Both the position numbers and the translations under genes were made by a program. The notes under the pieces were generated by a model. It had not been told where the DNA came from and made no database searches. It was given only the letters and a program-made list of their open reading frames with translations. A stretch of DNA of 64,000 bases from Octopus sinensis (taxonomy: Eukaryota), in NCBI RefSeq assembly GCF_006345805.1, contig NC_043024.1, positions 18,538,001 to 18,602,000 of the forward strand. Reading direction: 5' to 3'. Position 1 is the first letter of the stretch. Each line of letters begins with the position of its first letter. This document shows positions 13,346 through 25,790 of the stretch, piece after piece.

Positions 13346-13881
13346 TGCTGATTCCACTCTGTCTCTGTTACTCACACATGACTACAGGCTATATCTATCG
13401 TCTCTTTCTTTCCTGGACCAGATGTTCACCAGGCTGGATGTCATTTTTCTCAACTCCAGACATTTTTTCTTCTACTGTTTTCTTCTCTTCTATTATTCTG
13501 TTTCCTTGATAAAATTTCTCCCAGGCATTACTCACTACATTTTGTCTTGGCTTAATGGCCATTAATTATTTACTCTGTACATCCAATCTGTCATTGTTTG
13601 TGTGTTCGAAGCTTTAACTCTCCATGAATTTTATTTTTTAAAATTTCTGGATGCTGCTGTCTTATGAAGTTTCCCTATATTGTTGTTAAAAGCATGAAAA
13701 GCATAAACAATCCAACAACTGATGAGGAGTTATCATCTTTTGATATTTTCTCCGGTACTTATCTCTCGTGTGTTTACATATTTTTCACTCATTGGTGATG
13801 TCCTGAACACAATGAGTATTTTTCATTTCATTTATTATACACACACACACACATATATATATATGTATATATATATATATG

Positions 13882-13961
<80 letters not shown>

Positions 13962-13964
13962 TAC

Positions 13965-14390
13965 TGGCATTAGTAAGGGCATCCAGCCGTAGAAACATTG
14001 CCAGATCAGACTGGGCCTGGTGCAGCCTTCTGGCTTCCCAGACCCCAGTTGAACCATCCAACCCATGCCAGCATGGAAAGCGGACGCTAAACGATGATGA
14101 TGATGATGATGTATATATACATATATATATGTGTGTGTGTGTGTTTGTGTGTATATGTGGATTTGTGAGTGGATTTGGTAGACAGAAACTGAAAGAAGCC
14201 TGTCATATATATATGTGAGTGTGTGTGTGTGTTTGTGTGTATATGTGGATTTGTGAGTGGATTTGGTAGACAGAAACTGAAAGAAGCCTGTCATATATAT
14301 ATGTGAGTGTGTGTGTGTTTGTGTCTGTGTTTGTCACCTCACCATTGCTTGACAACCAATGCTATTGTGTTTACGACCCCATAATTTAGT
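13965..14390 (+). mobile_element. RTE-type 3' end followed by tandemly duplicated SINE-A mid-fragments
   Basis: RTE tail with (GAT)n at ~14095. TTGTGAGTGGATTTGGTAGACAGAAACTGAAAGAAGCC occurs twice. Confidence 0.7.
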
Positions 14391-15109
14391 TTACCTATTT
14401 ACCGACCTAGAAATTTATTATTTATCAAAGTTACCATATAAATAAATTAAATTAATCAGGAACAAAAAAATAGACTATTCCTATCATACACTCACTTCTA
14501 GCTTCTCCTGATTTATTATTATTATAAATAATAGAAAATACCTTTTAAGAACTTTTAAATGTTAATAAGAATTATTTCCCCTACAAAGTAGCTCTCAATG
14601 TTGGATTATACGATTGCTGGTAGCCATGTTTAATTCTTGGAGTGAAAATTACCATACAGGTAAGTTAACATTTCTTTTTCCTACTTTTATTCCACATTTC
14701 TGTTCATTATTTACTAAAGTAAAGTTATTCCAACAAATTTTAGTTATATAATTTCAGTTTGTCATGTCTTTATATAGGATGTAAATAGCAAAATAAGTTC
14801 ATATAAGATTGACCTGAAGATTGGCAATATAATCGTTTTGATATGGTATTGTATTTAGAGACATTCTATTTCAGCAATATCGAGGAATGTGTTTCCATGA
14901 AACATGCGTAATCTAGATAATGCAAAGTATATATGATTTGTAATAAGAATTGAAGGTATTAATTTTGATAATTTGGAATAAGAATTTGAAGGTATTAATT
15001 TTGATAATTTTAATATTTAGTCCTATATGTCCCTATTGTGGATAATATCATTCAATGATGATTGAGTTGCTTGAGGGTGATTCTGTCTCTTAAACCTATA
15101 TATATATAA

Positions 15110-15447
15110 AGGTAAAAGACCCCCTTCGGTCATGAATGACCATGGGATTGCACCTAGAAAGTTACCCTCCTAGACACAAGTCCGGGCAAGGTTGTTTATG
15201 GAAGGCCAGCAGTCGCCCATGCATACCGGCCTCCCCTCTCCACGCCACCAGTGTTATCCAAGGGAAAGACAAAGGTCGATACAGCTTGGCACCTGTGACG
15301 TCGCAACTCATTTCTACAGCTGAGTGAACTGGAGCAACGTGAAATAAAGTGCCTTGCTCGAGAACACAACACGTAGCCCGGTCCGGGATTCAAGCTCACA
15401 ACCTCACAATCGTAAGCTCGACACTCTAACCACTGAGCCATGCGCCT
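15110..15447 (-). mobile_element. SINE-G (tRNA-like head, CORE-like TGTGTTCTCGAGCAAGGCACTT)
   Basis: Head GCGCATGGCTCAGTGGTTAGAG...GAATCCCGGACC; near-identical to 19235-19565 and 28940-29270. Confidence 0.85.
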
Positions 15448-15458
15448 TATATATATAT

Positions 15459-15505
<47 letters not shown>

Positions 15506-15660
15506 TATATATATATGTATATATATATATATAAATAGATATGTTTAAGAGACAGAATCACCCTCAAGCAACTCAATATGTATAAATATATATACAGAGT
15601 ACGTAAGATATTTGACGACAGATTTGTTTATTAAAAAAAACAGATATATAATAAGAGATA

Positions 15661-15696
<36 letters not shown>

Positions 15697-15786
15697 CTCT
15701 ATCTACCTATGCATCTATCTGTCTCTCTAACTATCTATCCATCTATCTATCTATGTATATGTATTTATTTATATATATATATATAT

Positions 15787-15819
<33 letters not shown>

Positions 15820-16294
15820 GTGTTGCTGTAAAAATATAATGACATGAAATAAACAGAACATTTTGTTAGCTGATTGCACGGAATCATTCAGTTGATAATT
15901 ACATCAACAAGGCTAAGCCGGGTCACTTCCTTGATAGCGAGACTAAAATATATACTTTTATTAATGCATAATTTATATGATTAACAAAGAAACACTCAAT
16001 TTATTCGCTTTTATTCAACACAATGGCTTGTTGGCACTTTCGCTTCTAATTCCCAGCTGCCAAACTGGTATCAGGTAAATGAATTTATACCAGTAATAGT
16101 CTGTTTATATCAAGATGTATTCTTCACAGTTTCGGTGGTTTTGAGTGTTAAAAGGTGAAATACCTGACCTTAATGATGTTTGAGGTAAGTAACGTAATTG
16201 CTGGCTAATTACTTGTTCTCAGGTACAAATGATTTTTGTATTTATTTCTAGAATACTTTTGCGTTTGCATCATTTGTATTTGTGTTGTAGCTCT

Positions 16295-18644
16295 GGGAAG
16301 CACTCCGTTGGTTCCGACGATGAGGGTTCCGGTTGATCCGAATCAACGGAACAGCCTGCTCGTGAAATTAACATGTAAGTGGCTGAGCACTCCACAGACA
16401 CGTGTACCCTTAACGTAGTTCTCGGGGATATTCAGCATGACACAGAGAGTGACAAGGCCGGCCCTTTGAAATGGAATGGAAGCACTCCGTTGGTTCCGAC
16501 GATGAGGGTTCCGGTTGATCCGAATCAACGGAACAGCCTGCTCGTGAAATTAACATGTAAGTGGCTGAGCACTCCACAGACACGTGTACCCTTAACGTAG
16601 TTCTCGGGGATATTCAGCATGACACAGAGAGTGACAAGGCCAGCCCTTTGAAATGGAAGCACTCCGTCGGTTACGACGATGAGGGTTCCGGTTGATCTGA
16701 ATCAACGGAACACCTGCTCGTGAAATTAACATGTAAGTGGCTGAGCACTCCACAGACACGTGTACCCTTAACGTAGTTCTCGGGGATATTCAGCATGACA
16801 CAGAGAGTGACAAGGCCAGCCCTTTGAAATGGAAGCACTCCGTCGGTTACGACGATGAGGGTTCCGGTTGATCTGAATCAACGGAACAGCCTGCTCTCGT
16901 GAAATTACATGTAAGTGGCTGAGCACTCCACAGACAACGTGTACCCTTAACGTAGTTCTCGGGGATATTCAGCGTGACACCAGAGTGACAAGGCCGGCCC
17001 TTTGAAATGGAAGCACTCCGTCGGTTACGACGACGAGGGTTCCGGTTGATCTGAATCAACGGAACAGCCTGCTCGTGAAATTAACATGTAGTGGCTGAGC
17101 ACTCCACAGACACGTGTACCCTTAACGTAGTTCTCGGGGATATTCAGCGTGACACAGAGAGTGACAAGGCCGGCCCTTTGAAATGGAAGCACTCCGTCGG
17201 TTACGACGACGAGGGTTCCGGTTGATCTGAATCAACGGAACAGCCTGCTCGTGAAATTAACATGTAAGTGGCTGAGCACTCCACAGACACGTGTACCCTT
17301 AACGTAGTTCTCGGGGATATTCAGCGTGACACAGAGAGTGACAAGGCCGGCCCTTTGAAATGGAAGCACTCCGTCGGTTACGACGACGAGGGTTCCGGTT
17401 GATCTGAATCAACGGAACAGCCTGCTCGTGAAATTAACATGTAAGTGGCTGAGCACTCCACAGACACGTATACCCTTAACGTAGTTCTCGGGGATATTCA
17501 GCATGACACAGAGAGTGACAAGGCCGGCCCTTTGAAATGGAAGCACTCCGTCGGTTACGACGATGAGGGTTCCGGTTGATCTGAATCAACGGAACAGCCT
17601 GCTCGTGAAATTAACATGTAAGTGGCTGAGCACTCCACAGACACGTGTACCCTTAACGTAGTTCTCGGGGATATTCAGCATGACACAGAGAGTGACAAGG
17701 CCGGCCCTTTGAAATGGAATGGAAGCACTCCGTTGGTTACGACGATGAGGGTTCCGGTTGATCTGAATCAACGGAACAGCCTGCTCGTGAAATTAACATG
17801 TAAGTGGCTGAGCACTCCACAGACACGTGTACCCTTAACGTAGTTCTCGGGGATATTCAGCATGACACAGAGAGTGACAAGGCCGGCCCTTTGAAATGGA
17901 ATGGAAGCACTCCGTTGGTTACGACGATGAGGGTTCCGGTTGATCTGAATCAACGGAACAGCCTGCTCGTGAAATTAACATGTAAGTGGCTGAGCACTCC
18001 ACAGACACGTGTACCCTTAACGTAGTTCTCGGGGATATTCAGCATGACACAGAGAGTGACAAGGCCAGCCCTTTGAAATGGAATGGAAGCACTCCGTTGG
18101 TTACGACGATGAGGGTTCCGGTTGATCTGAATCAACGGAACAGCCTGCTCGTGAAATTAACGTGTAAGTGGCTGAGCACTCCACAGACACGTGTACCCTT
18201 AACGTAGTTCTCGGGGATATTCAGCATGACACAGAGTGACAAGGCCGGCCCTTTGAAATGGAAGCACTCCGTTGGTTACGACGATGAGGGTTCCGGTTGA
18301 TCTGAATCAACGGAACAGCCTGCTCGTGAAATTAACATGTAAGTGGCTGAGCACTCCACAGACACGTGTACCCTTAACGTAGTTCTCGGGGATATTCAGC
18401 GTGACACAGAGAGTGACAAGGCCGGCCCTTTGAAATACAGGTACAACAGAAACAGGAAGAGAGAGCGAGAGAAAGTTGTGGCAAAAGAGTAGAACAGGGG
18501 TCGCCACCACCCCCTGCCGAAGCTTCGTGGAGCTTTTGGGTGTTTTCGCTCAATAAACACACACAACGCCCGGTCTGGGAATCGAAACGACGATCCTCCG
18601 ACCGCGAGTCCGCTGCCTAACCACTGGGCCATTGCGCCTCCACC
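16295..18644 (-). repeat. SINE-C with 12 tandem copies of its 3' 177/182-bp segment, inside one 12-bp TSD
   Basis: GAAGCACTCCG unit starts at ~16297, 16479, 16656, 16832, 17010, 17186, 17363, 17540, 17722, 17904, 18086 and 18261. TSD TGTTGTAGCTCT at 16283-16294 and 18645-18656. Confidence 0.92.
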
Positions 18645-19234
18645 TGTTGTAGCTCTACAGACTTGATAGCCATAAGTGTATGATTCCCAAATGGAGGCTG
18701 TATGGGGAATTTGTTTGTGGAAAGCACCAATAGCAAAAACCAAAATTGTGGTTTGAGGATTTCATAAAGTCCTCGTTGAAGGAATGTGAGTATGTGGTTA
18801 ACTGCAAAATCCATGCTTGCCATTCCCACCAAGGGAGAAAAACAAATAAAGGAAGGAGGGGTTATCTTCAAAGAAACATGCATTTTTCATGGTGAATATA
18901 GGTAAGCTGTTTGAATACACATCACCAGTGTACGGAATAGGTAAAATTTGATCTGTAGAGTCTGTGAACAATGTATGTATATATATATATATATATATTT
19001 CTCTTATTCTTACAGTTTTAAGTGTGTTATATACAAAATTTATATTTAAATTTATATTTTTATTTGTATATGATACTTATATATTACTGAATTAAAAAAT
19101 TTTTTTAAATGTCGGACTGCTTAGTTATAAATTAGTATATAAGATTTGTATGTATTTAGTCTATCTTTGAATTTTGTGATGTTCCTGTGGTTGTTGCTCG
19201 CATTGCTTCCCCTTGGATAAGAAAGTGTAAAAGG

Positions 19235-19565
19235 GTAAAAAACCCTTCGGTCATGAATGACCATGGGATTGCACCTAGAATGTTACCCTCCTAGACACAA
19301 GTCCGGGCAAGGTTGTTTATGGAAGACCAGCAGTCGCCCATGCATACCAGCCTCCCCTCTCCACACCACCAGTGTTATCCAAGGGAAAGACAAAGGCCGA
19401 TACAGCTTGGCACCAGTGACGTCGCAACTCATTTCTACAGCTGAGTGAACTGGAGCAACGTGAAATAAAGTGCCTTGCTCGAGAACACAACACGCAGCCC
19501 GGTCCGGGATTCGAGCTCACAACCTCACGATCGTAAGCTCGACGCTCTAACCACTGAGCCATGCG
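19235..19565 (-). mobile_element. SINE-G
   Basis: As 15110-15447. Confidence 0.85.
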
Positions 19566-19614
19566 ATATATATGTATATATATATATATATATATATACA
19601 TACATACATACTTG

Positions 19615-20350
19615 AGTAAAAAGTAGACTGTATGACACATGTGTATGAACAGCCATGCTACATGGGAGAGAAATATGGGCCGTGACTGCTGAGGACATGC
19701 GTAAGCTCGCAAGGAATGAAGCTAGTATGATCTGATGGATGTGTAATGTCAGTGTGCATACTCAACAGAGTGTAAGTACCTTGAGAGAAAAGTTGGACCT
19801 AAGAAGCATCATATGTAGTGTGAAAGAGTGACAACTGAGCTGGTATGGTCATGTGGCGAGAATGGATGAGGATAGGTGTGTGAAAAAGTGCCACACCCTA
19901 GCGGTTGAGGGAACCTGTGGAAGAGGTAGACCCAGGAAGATCTGGGATGAAGTGGTGAAGAATGACCTTCGAACATTAGACCTCACCGAGGCAATGACTA
20001 GTGACCAAGACCTTTGGGAATATGCTATACTTGAGAAGACCCAGCAAGCCAAATGAGACCATAACCTCATGGCCTATGCTAGGGGTGTAACCAGCCCACT
20101 TATGTGTACCTTACCTTCATTTGGACACTAAACTCTGCTTGCGAATACCTGTTGAGTTGAGTGAAATTGAAATCAAATTCGATGACTGGCATCCGTGCTA
20201 GTGGAGTGCTAAGAGCACCATCCGAGCATGATCGTTGCCAGATTGGCTAACTGGCTTCCATGCCAGTGGTGCATTAAAAAGCACCATTCGAGCGTGATTG
20301 TTACCAGCATTTCCAAACTGGCATCCGTGCCGGTGGCACATGAAAATAAC
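19615..20350 (+). mobile_element. RTE-clade LINE 3' fragment (RT C-terminus plus 3' UTR)
   Basis: AMLHGREIWAVTAEDMRKLARNEASM...WYGHVARMDEDRCVKKC...GRGRPRKIWDEVVKNDL, with in-frame stops. Confidence 0.85.
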
Positions 20351-20654
20351 ATTCGAGTGTTGTCATAAAACGCACGTAGTCTAGATAATGTAAAGTATAT
20401 GATTTGTAATAAGAATTTGAAGGTATTAATTTTGATAATTTTAATATTTAGTCCTATATGTACTTATTGTGGATAATGTCATTTAATGATGATTGAGTTG
20501 CTTGAGGGTGATTCTGTCTCTTAAACCTATATATATATATGTATATAATACAGTGACTAATTCATTTTAGTACCACTAAATTGAACCGTGGACTCGGAAA
20601 TATCTTCCCTAATATTAATATTAAATATATATATATATATATACATACATATAT

Positions 20655-20706
<52 letters not shown>

Positions 20707-20759
20707 TATAATATCTATATATTATATAATAATATATATATATAGATAAGAAAGTTGGT

Positions 20760-23700
20760 TTGTGAAAGCACGTGGGTGAATATATAAAAAATAGTAAAGA
20801 GTGAAAAAACGACAGAAGGCTTTAATGTTTAAAAAATATATATATTTGCGTCAATATGTCTGAAGAATATTAGAAAATTTTTTAAACAAATTTTTTTCCT
20901 TTATAACGACATAATTTTTAAAGAAAGACCGGTTTCGCATTTAGCTTTTCAAATTTCTTGTGACGTCATGTTTAAGTTTAATAGAGTTATCCTTGTGTTT
21001 AAGCTCCGGAGAGTTCTAAATAAGGGAAGGTAGTGGGTGATTTCTTCCGGTGTAAGGGAGATAATCGCTTAAAAATTTTTTTCTTTCCCTTAATGTGAAT
21101 TCTCTGTATCAGTATGTTCGGATGGTTGAGTCTGGGCTTGTACTTTTCAATGAAGAATGTTCCTTGTTTAGTCTAATTTGTGTTGATGATCCGAAAGCAC
21201 ATTGGTAAAATGGAAAGATTAAAATTGTGGTAGTAGTTGCTTTGCACATTTCTCAATGTGCTCACTAAAAGGTATCATTCTGTATTCTGGGAATGCAATC
21301 TGTTGTCGATGCAGTGTGCATCTACGTCTGAGTGATAGTCCCGTGGAACCCACGTAGTCTTGGTGGCAGCCCGAGCATTTTATGACATAAATTATGTTTT
21401 CAGAGGCACAAGTAAAGTTAGATTTGATCTTGAATTTCTGTCCCTTTAAAGAGGAATTCTGATCCTTCGAATAGGTTAGGACATGTTGCACAGTTCGATC
21501 TACCACATTTTTTTACTTTTGCATCCGTAATTTCAGAAGACAATTTTGCCTTTGTGAGAATCTTTTTAAGTGATTTAGGCTGTTTGTAGCTTTTAATGAT
21601 TTGGTGTATGTTTAGAATTTCCTTAATTTGGGGTTTTTATGAAGTATTGGTAAATTCTGGGTGATGATGTGAAGGCTTCTTTGTTTCTGGGGTTGTATGT
21701 AGATATGTAAGGTAGTATTTTCGGGGAAGGTGTGTTGTTGTGTTGAACTTTTCTTAAAGTTCTATGTTGATTTCTGTTGCACGTCTGATCCCATCCTCTA
21801 TGAGTTGAGCTGGGTAATGTCTGTCAATAGGGTGTTTTTGAGTTCTTGCAGTCTAAAGTTCCTGGTATTTTGTTCTGACACTATTGTGCATATCCTTCTT
21901 GCAAGGTTGAAGGGATGTTTGTTTTAGTGTGTCTTGGGTGGCATGAATCAAAAAGTAGGTATTGTTTGGCGTCTGTGGCTTTGTAGAAAATGTCTGTTTC
22001 TATTTTAAGGTTAATTTTTTTAATTAGTATATCCAAGAACGGGAGCTCCTTTTGGTTGTATTCCTTGTGAACTGTATATTTGGGTTAATGCTGTTCAATA
22101 GGTTTTTAAATTTTAGGAGTTTATCTGTGTTTTCATTCCAGAGAATAAAACAATCGTCTAAGAATCGTTTCCAGTTCTCTTTTATGTATTGAGAGAGGGG
22201 ATTTCCAAAGATTGATAAAGATTCCTGGTAAATGATTATTTCCATGTATCCCATTGTTAAGTTCGCAATGACTGGTGCTGCCCTTGTACCCATAGCAATT
22301 CCGGATTTTTGACGGTAAAATGTATTGTCAAACATGAAGTGGTTATTGTGTAGGATGAATTCAATTGATTTAGTAATGAATTCTTTACTGATCCTTTTTG
22401 GTATTTCTTCCGGAAATTGGTCTAACCAGAACTGTATTGCCTCCAGTCCATAATTATGAGATATACTGGTATACAAGTTCTACATCAAATGAAACCAGGA
22501 TTGTTTCTTCCTTCCTTGGCTTTTTTTGAAGGTGGTTTAACATATCTAAGTCATCTCTGATATGGCTATCGATATGTTTAAGGAAGGGTTTCAGGAGGAT
22601 GTCCATAAGTAGACTTAGTCTGTGTGTTTCACAGGTTGGGCCAGCTACAATGGGTCGTAGTTTTAGGTCCCCCGGGTTAGGTGTGTGTATGTATGTCTTT
22701 GGTGATTTTTTTATGTTTCATTTATAATTTGACTTTTATGAATTTTTGGCAGACCATAGAAAAGGCTAGGTTTGCATTTAAAGTTTGTTAGGAAGTCAAT
22801 CTCTTTGTTGTTAGTTCCTTTTCATGGGTTTTAATTAGTGAAGATAGAGTTTTCATTATTTTTTGTGGGGTGTAGTTGGTAATTTTTTCATAATGTAGGT
22901 CGTCATCAAGCAAGGAAATTACAAGATTTCTGTAGTATGATGTATCCATTATTACAACTGCATTTCCCTTGTCTGCTTCCTTAATGGTTATATCCTCATC
23001 ATTTGAAGTTCTATCAGTTCTTTCCATTGTGTAGTGTTAAAATTTGGGTTAGCTTTCTGTTTATGTATAGTATGGTAGGGGAAGTTCTCAATGTGGTTAC
23101 AGAATTCGTCAAGATCTTTATTCTTCCTCTGTGTGGGATGTGTTCACTTTTGTTCTTGACTAGTGATTCATCTTCAGTATTGAAACTGGTTGATGCTTCT
23201 GCTAGTCTTAATTTTCTGCAAAATTCGTGTATATTATCCTTGATTTCATTTAGGTGGCTCTGCGTGAGTTGGTGTAAACTTGAGCCCTTTTGAGAGGATG
23301 TCAATTTTAATGTTAGAAAGAGGTTTGGTTGAAAGATTGATTATCTTCGGTTTTCCTTATTACTAGGTTCCAGCCTGTGTCCTGGTGTCCCTGGTCCTGG
23401 CTAAAAAATGTTGGGTGTAATTTTGTTTGTATGAGTTGTCTGTGAGGTTGTGTGGTATTGGGTGGGGGAATGGTGGTATTGTTGCCTCCGATCGTTGAGT
23501 GTGTGTGGGAATCTATGGTTTTTGTTTTGGGTGTTTGTAAAATTTCTGTATGTGAAATATTTTGTTTCGAACTGCTTGTATGTGGGATGTTGCTTGACAT
23601 AGTGTTTTTTTGCGTTTGTCTTGTGTTTATTGGGGACCAGTAATTTTGGTTCATGGGGTAGTAGCGACTTGTGTGTGGTGTATTTCTTATTCTAGTGTCG

Positions 23701-24245
23701 TTTTGTGCTGTATGGGTTGGTCTGGTATTAGGATGTTGTTGGTGTGTTCTGTTTTGGTGTGTAATTTATTTCATAGACGCGTCCTCTGTCAGCTAGTTCC
23801 CTGTTAGGTCTTGCGTGTTTGCAAAGGTGGTGTGGGTGATTTCTGTTTTTAGTGTATGGAGGATAGTTGGGGGTTGTTCGTGGGTTGGTTTTTCTTTTTT
23901 ATTTATTGTAATTTTCTTAGGAAGGGATTATTTGTACCCAATTCATTTTTGAAAGTTTCACTATATTTTTGGAAGAAGTCCATGTTTTTCTCCCAGCGTA
24001 GGAGAGAATTTCTCTCTTCTCTCTCACAGGTATCCTTCCAGTGATCCAATGTATTTTCGAGGGGTTGTCCCTCGGTGTGTTTCAGTATTATATTGTGCAT
24101 CTCCTCGTCGATGCTTTTAAATTTTTCCTCATTTGTGGAGGCCCTGAGTCTTAGAAGCTCTATTTCTGATCTAAAATTGAACAGAGCTGACTTTTCCCTA
24201 ATAGATCTCTGTCCGTCAGGCTCGTTAGGAATTATTTTTATCTGG
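20760..24245 (-). mobile_element. Penelope-like retroelement, family 1 (Neptune-like; RT plus C-terminal GIY-YIG), frameshifted, flanked by (TA)n
   Basis: EFCRKLRL (23014..23304); IKEADKGNAVVIMD (22788..23027); GIAMGTRAAPVIANL...WKRFLDDCFILW (22024..22476); ELPFLDILI...HPRHTKTNIPFNLARRI; linker CGRSNCATC; FTCASENIIYVIKCSGCHQDYVGST (21219..21506). Confidence 0.92.
20921..20959 (-). ncRNA. Minimal type I hammerhead ribozyme-like motif, U3-A8 core variant, in the PLE 3' untranslated/pseudo-LTR region
   Basis: Minus strand: AAGAAA-U-UUGAAAA-GC-UAAAU-GC-GAAA-CCGG-UC-UUUCUU. Helix III is the palindrome ACCGGU; GUC cleavage triplet. Confidence 0.6.
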
Positions 24246-24301
24246 AATTATGTATATATGTATGTATTATATATACATACATATATATATATATATTATA
24301 T

Positions 24302-24343
<42 letters not shown>

Positions 24344-24344
24344 T

Positions 24345-24732
24345 CATTCACTTTTTCATGCATTAGACTGTGGCCATGCTGGGGCACTGCCTTGAAGAAT
24401 TTTAGTCCAACTCATTGATCCCAGTACTTTTTTCATTTTTTAAGCTTGGTACCTTATTCAATTGGTCTGTTTGTTGAACTGCTAAGTGATGGGCACATAA
24501 ACACACCAACACCAGTTGTCAAGCAGTGGTAGGGGACAAATACAGACACAGAAAAGGACAGACAGACAGACACACACAGTTGGCTTCTCTCAGTTTCCGT
24601 CTGCCAAATCCACTCATGAGGCTTTGGTCAGCCCAAGGCTATAGTAGAAAACACTTGCTTAAAGTGCAACACAGTGGGACTGAATCCAGAACCATATGGT
24701 TAGAATGCATGCTTCTTACCACACAGCCATGC

Positions 24733-24735
<3 letters not shown>
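24345..24735 (-). mobile_element. SINE-A, degenerate, within (TA)n
   Basis: Family motifs present. Confidence 0.8.
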
Positions 24736-24777
<42 letters not shown>

Positions 24778-24779
<2 letters not shown>

Positions 24780-24968
24780 TCGCCATGATTGATCGTTAGC
24801 CACTACACACATTTTTTTCTCTCCTTGTTTTTATCTGTGTCCCTTTCCGTAGAAGAGCGTAGGCTCGAAACGTAAACGACTTTTTCTATTCCTGAGCCTT
24901 ATACTAATACATCTGTTTGTTTTGTACACCACCTGTCTTCATCTTTTGTTTTTTTTGTAAACTCTCCC
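24778..24968 (+). mobile_element. Short (TA)n-flanked element with hammerhead-like relic
   Basis: GAGC-GTAG-GCTC-GAAA-CGT-A at ~24858-24877; upstream core non-canonical. Confidence 0.35.
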
Positions 24969-25552
24969 TATATATATACCACTATTAGGCAAATCAAACA
25001 GGGAAAAACATAAACCAAAACATAAAAATAAAAATAATTAATAAAATATACAAAATATATAAAATATAAAATTAAAAGATTTATATATATATTTGCATAT
25101 ATGTATGTCTCTATATTAATGCCACTCAATAAAAAGTTTTCCACATTTATGTCATCTAACATTGCAGTTGATGAATTAAAAATCAATAAATTATTCACCA
25201 TACTTTAAACCAAGTAAAGGGTTCAATACAATCAACTTAAATCCTTCAACGATTTTAATATCTTAATCAATCATAAACTCAAATCATGAACTAAAATCAA
25301 TGAACTGAAATCGATGATCTAATGCTTTAATCTTTAATTGCAGATCAATAGATTCAACTAACAAATAGAGAAGATTTAGTGATGGAACCACTAGGGATAA
25401 CAGAATAACAGAATAATAGAATAATTATAGGAATTTTACCTTATTTGATTGCATAAAAGACACATGGGTTTAATAGATGCATCCTGATTCCAGCCACATG
25501 TTCAGGAAAAAATGTTTTTAGTGCATTAAAACATGCACTATTTAAAGGGAAG

Positions 25553-25790
25553 GAAGCTGGTAGACTTGTTAGCATGCCAGGCAAAATGCTTAGCGGTATT
25601 TCGTCTGCTGTTACGTTCTGAGTTCAAATTCTGCCAAGGTCGACTTTGCCCTTCATCCTTTCGGAATCGATTAAATAAGTACCAGTTATGCATTGGGGTT
25701 GATATAATCGACTTAATCCCTTTGTCTGTCCTTGTTTGTTCCTTCTGTGTTTAGCAGAATTTGAACTCACAGCAGGAAGACAGTCAAAAT
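25553..25790 (+). mobile_element. SINE-B
   Basis: Head and body motifs. Confidence 0.8.

Noticed and set aside
14588-16190. Splice-like sites (CATACAG|GTAAGT at ~14660, TTTGAG|GTAAGT at ~16185, and others)
   Set aside because: No recognisable peptide or consistent exon chain; such sites are expected by chance.
16295-18440. Tandem array as a CRISPR array or retrozyme; repeated 61/73-aa ORFs
   Set aside because: No unique spacers. Units are the 3' part of SINE-C. No hammerhead core or convincing HDV-like fold on either strand.
9924-19565. tRNA-like sequences as true tRNA genes
   Set aside because: They are SINE heads: no complete acceptor stem, and each runs into a SINE body and tail.
20860-20880. 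CTGAAGA...GAAA on the plus strand
   Set aside because: No helices; AT-rich chance match antisense to the PLE.
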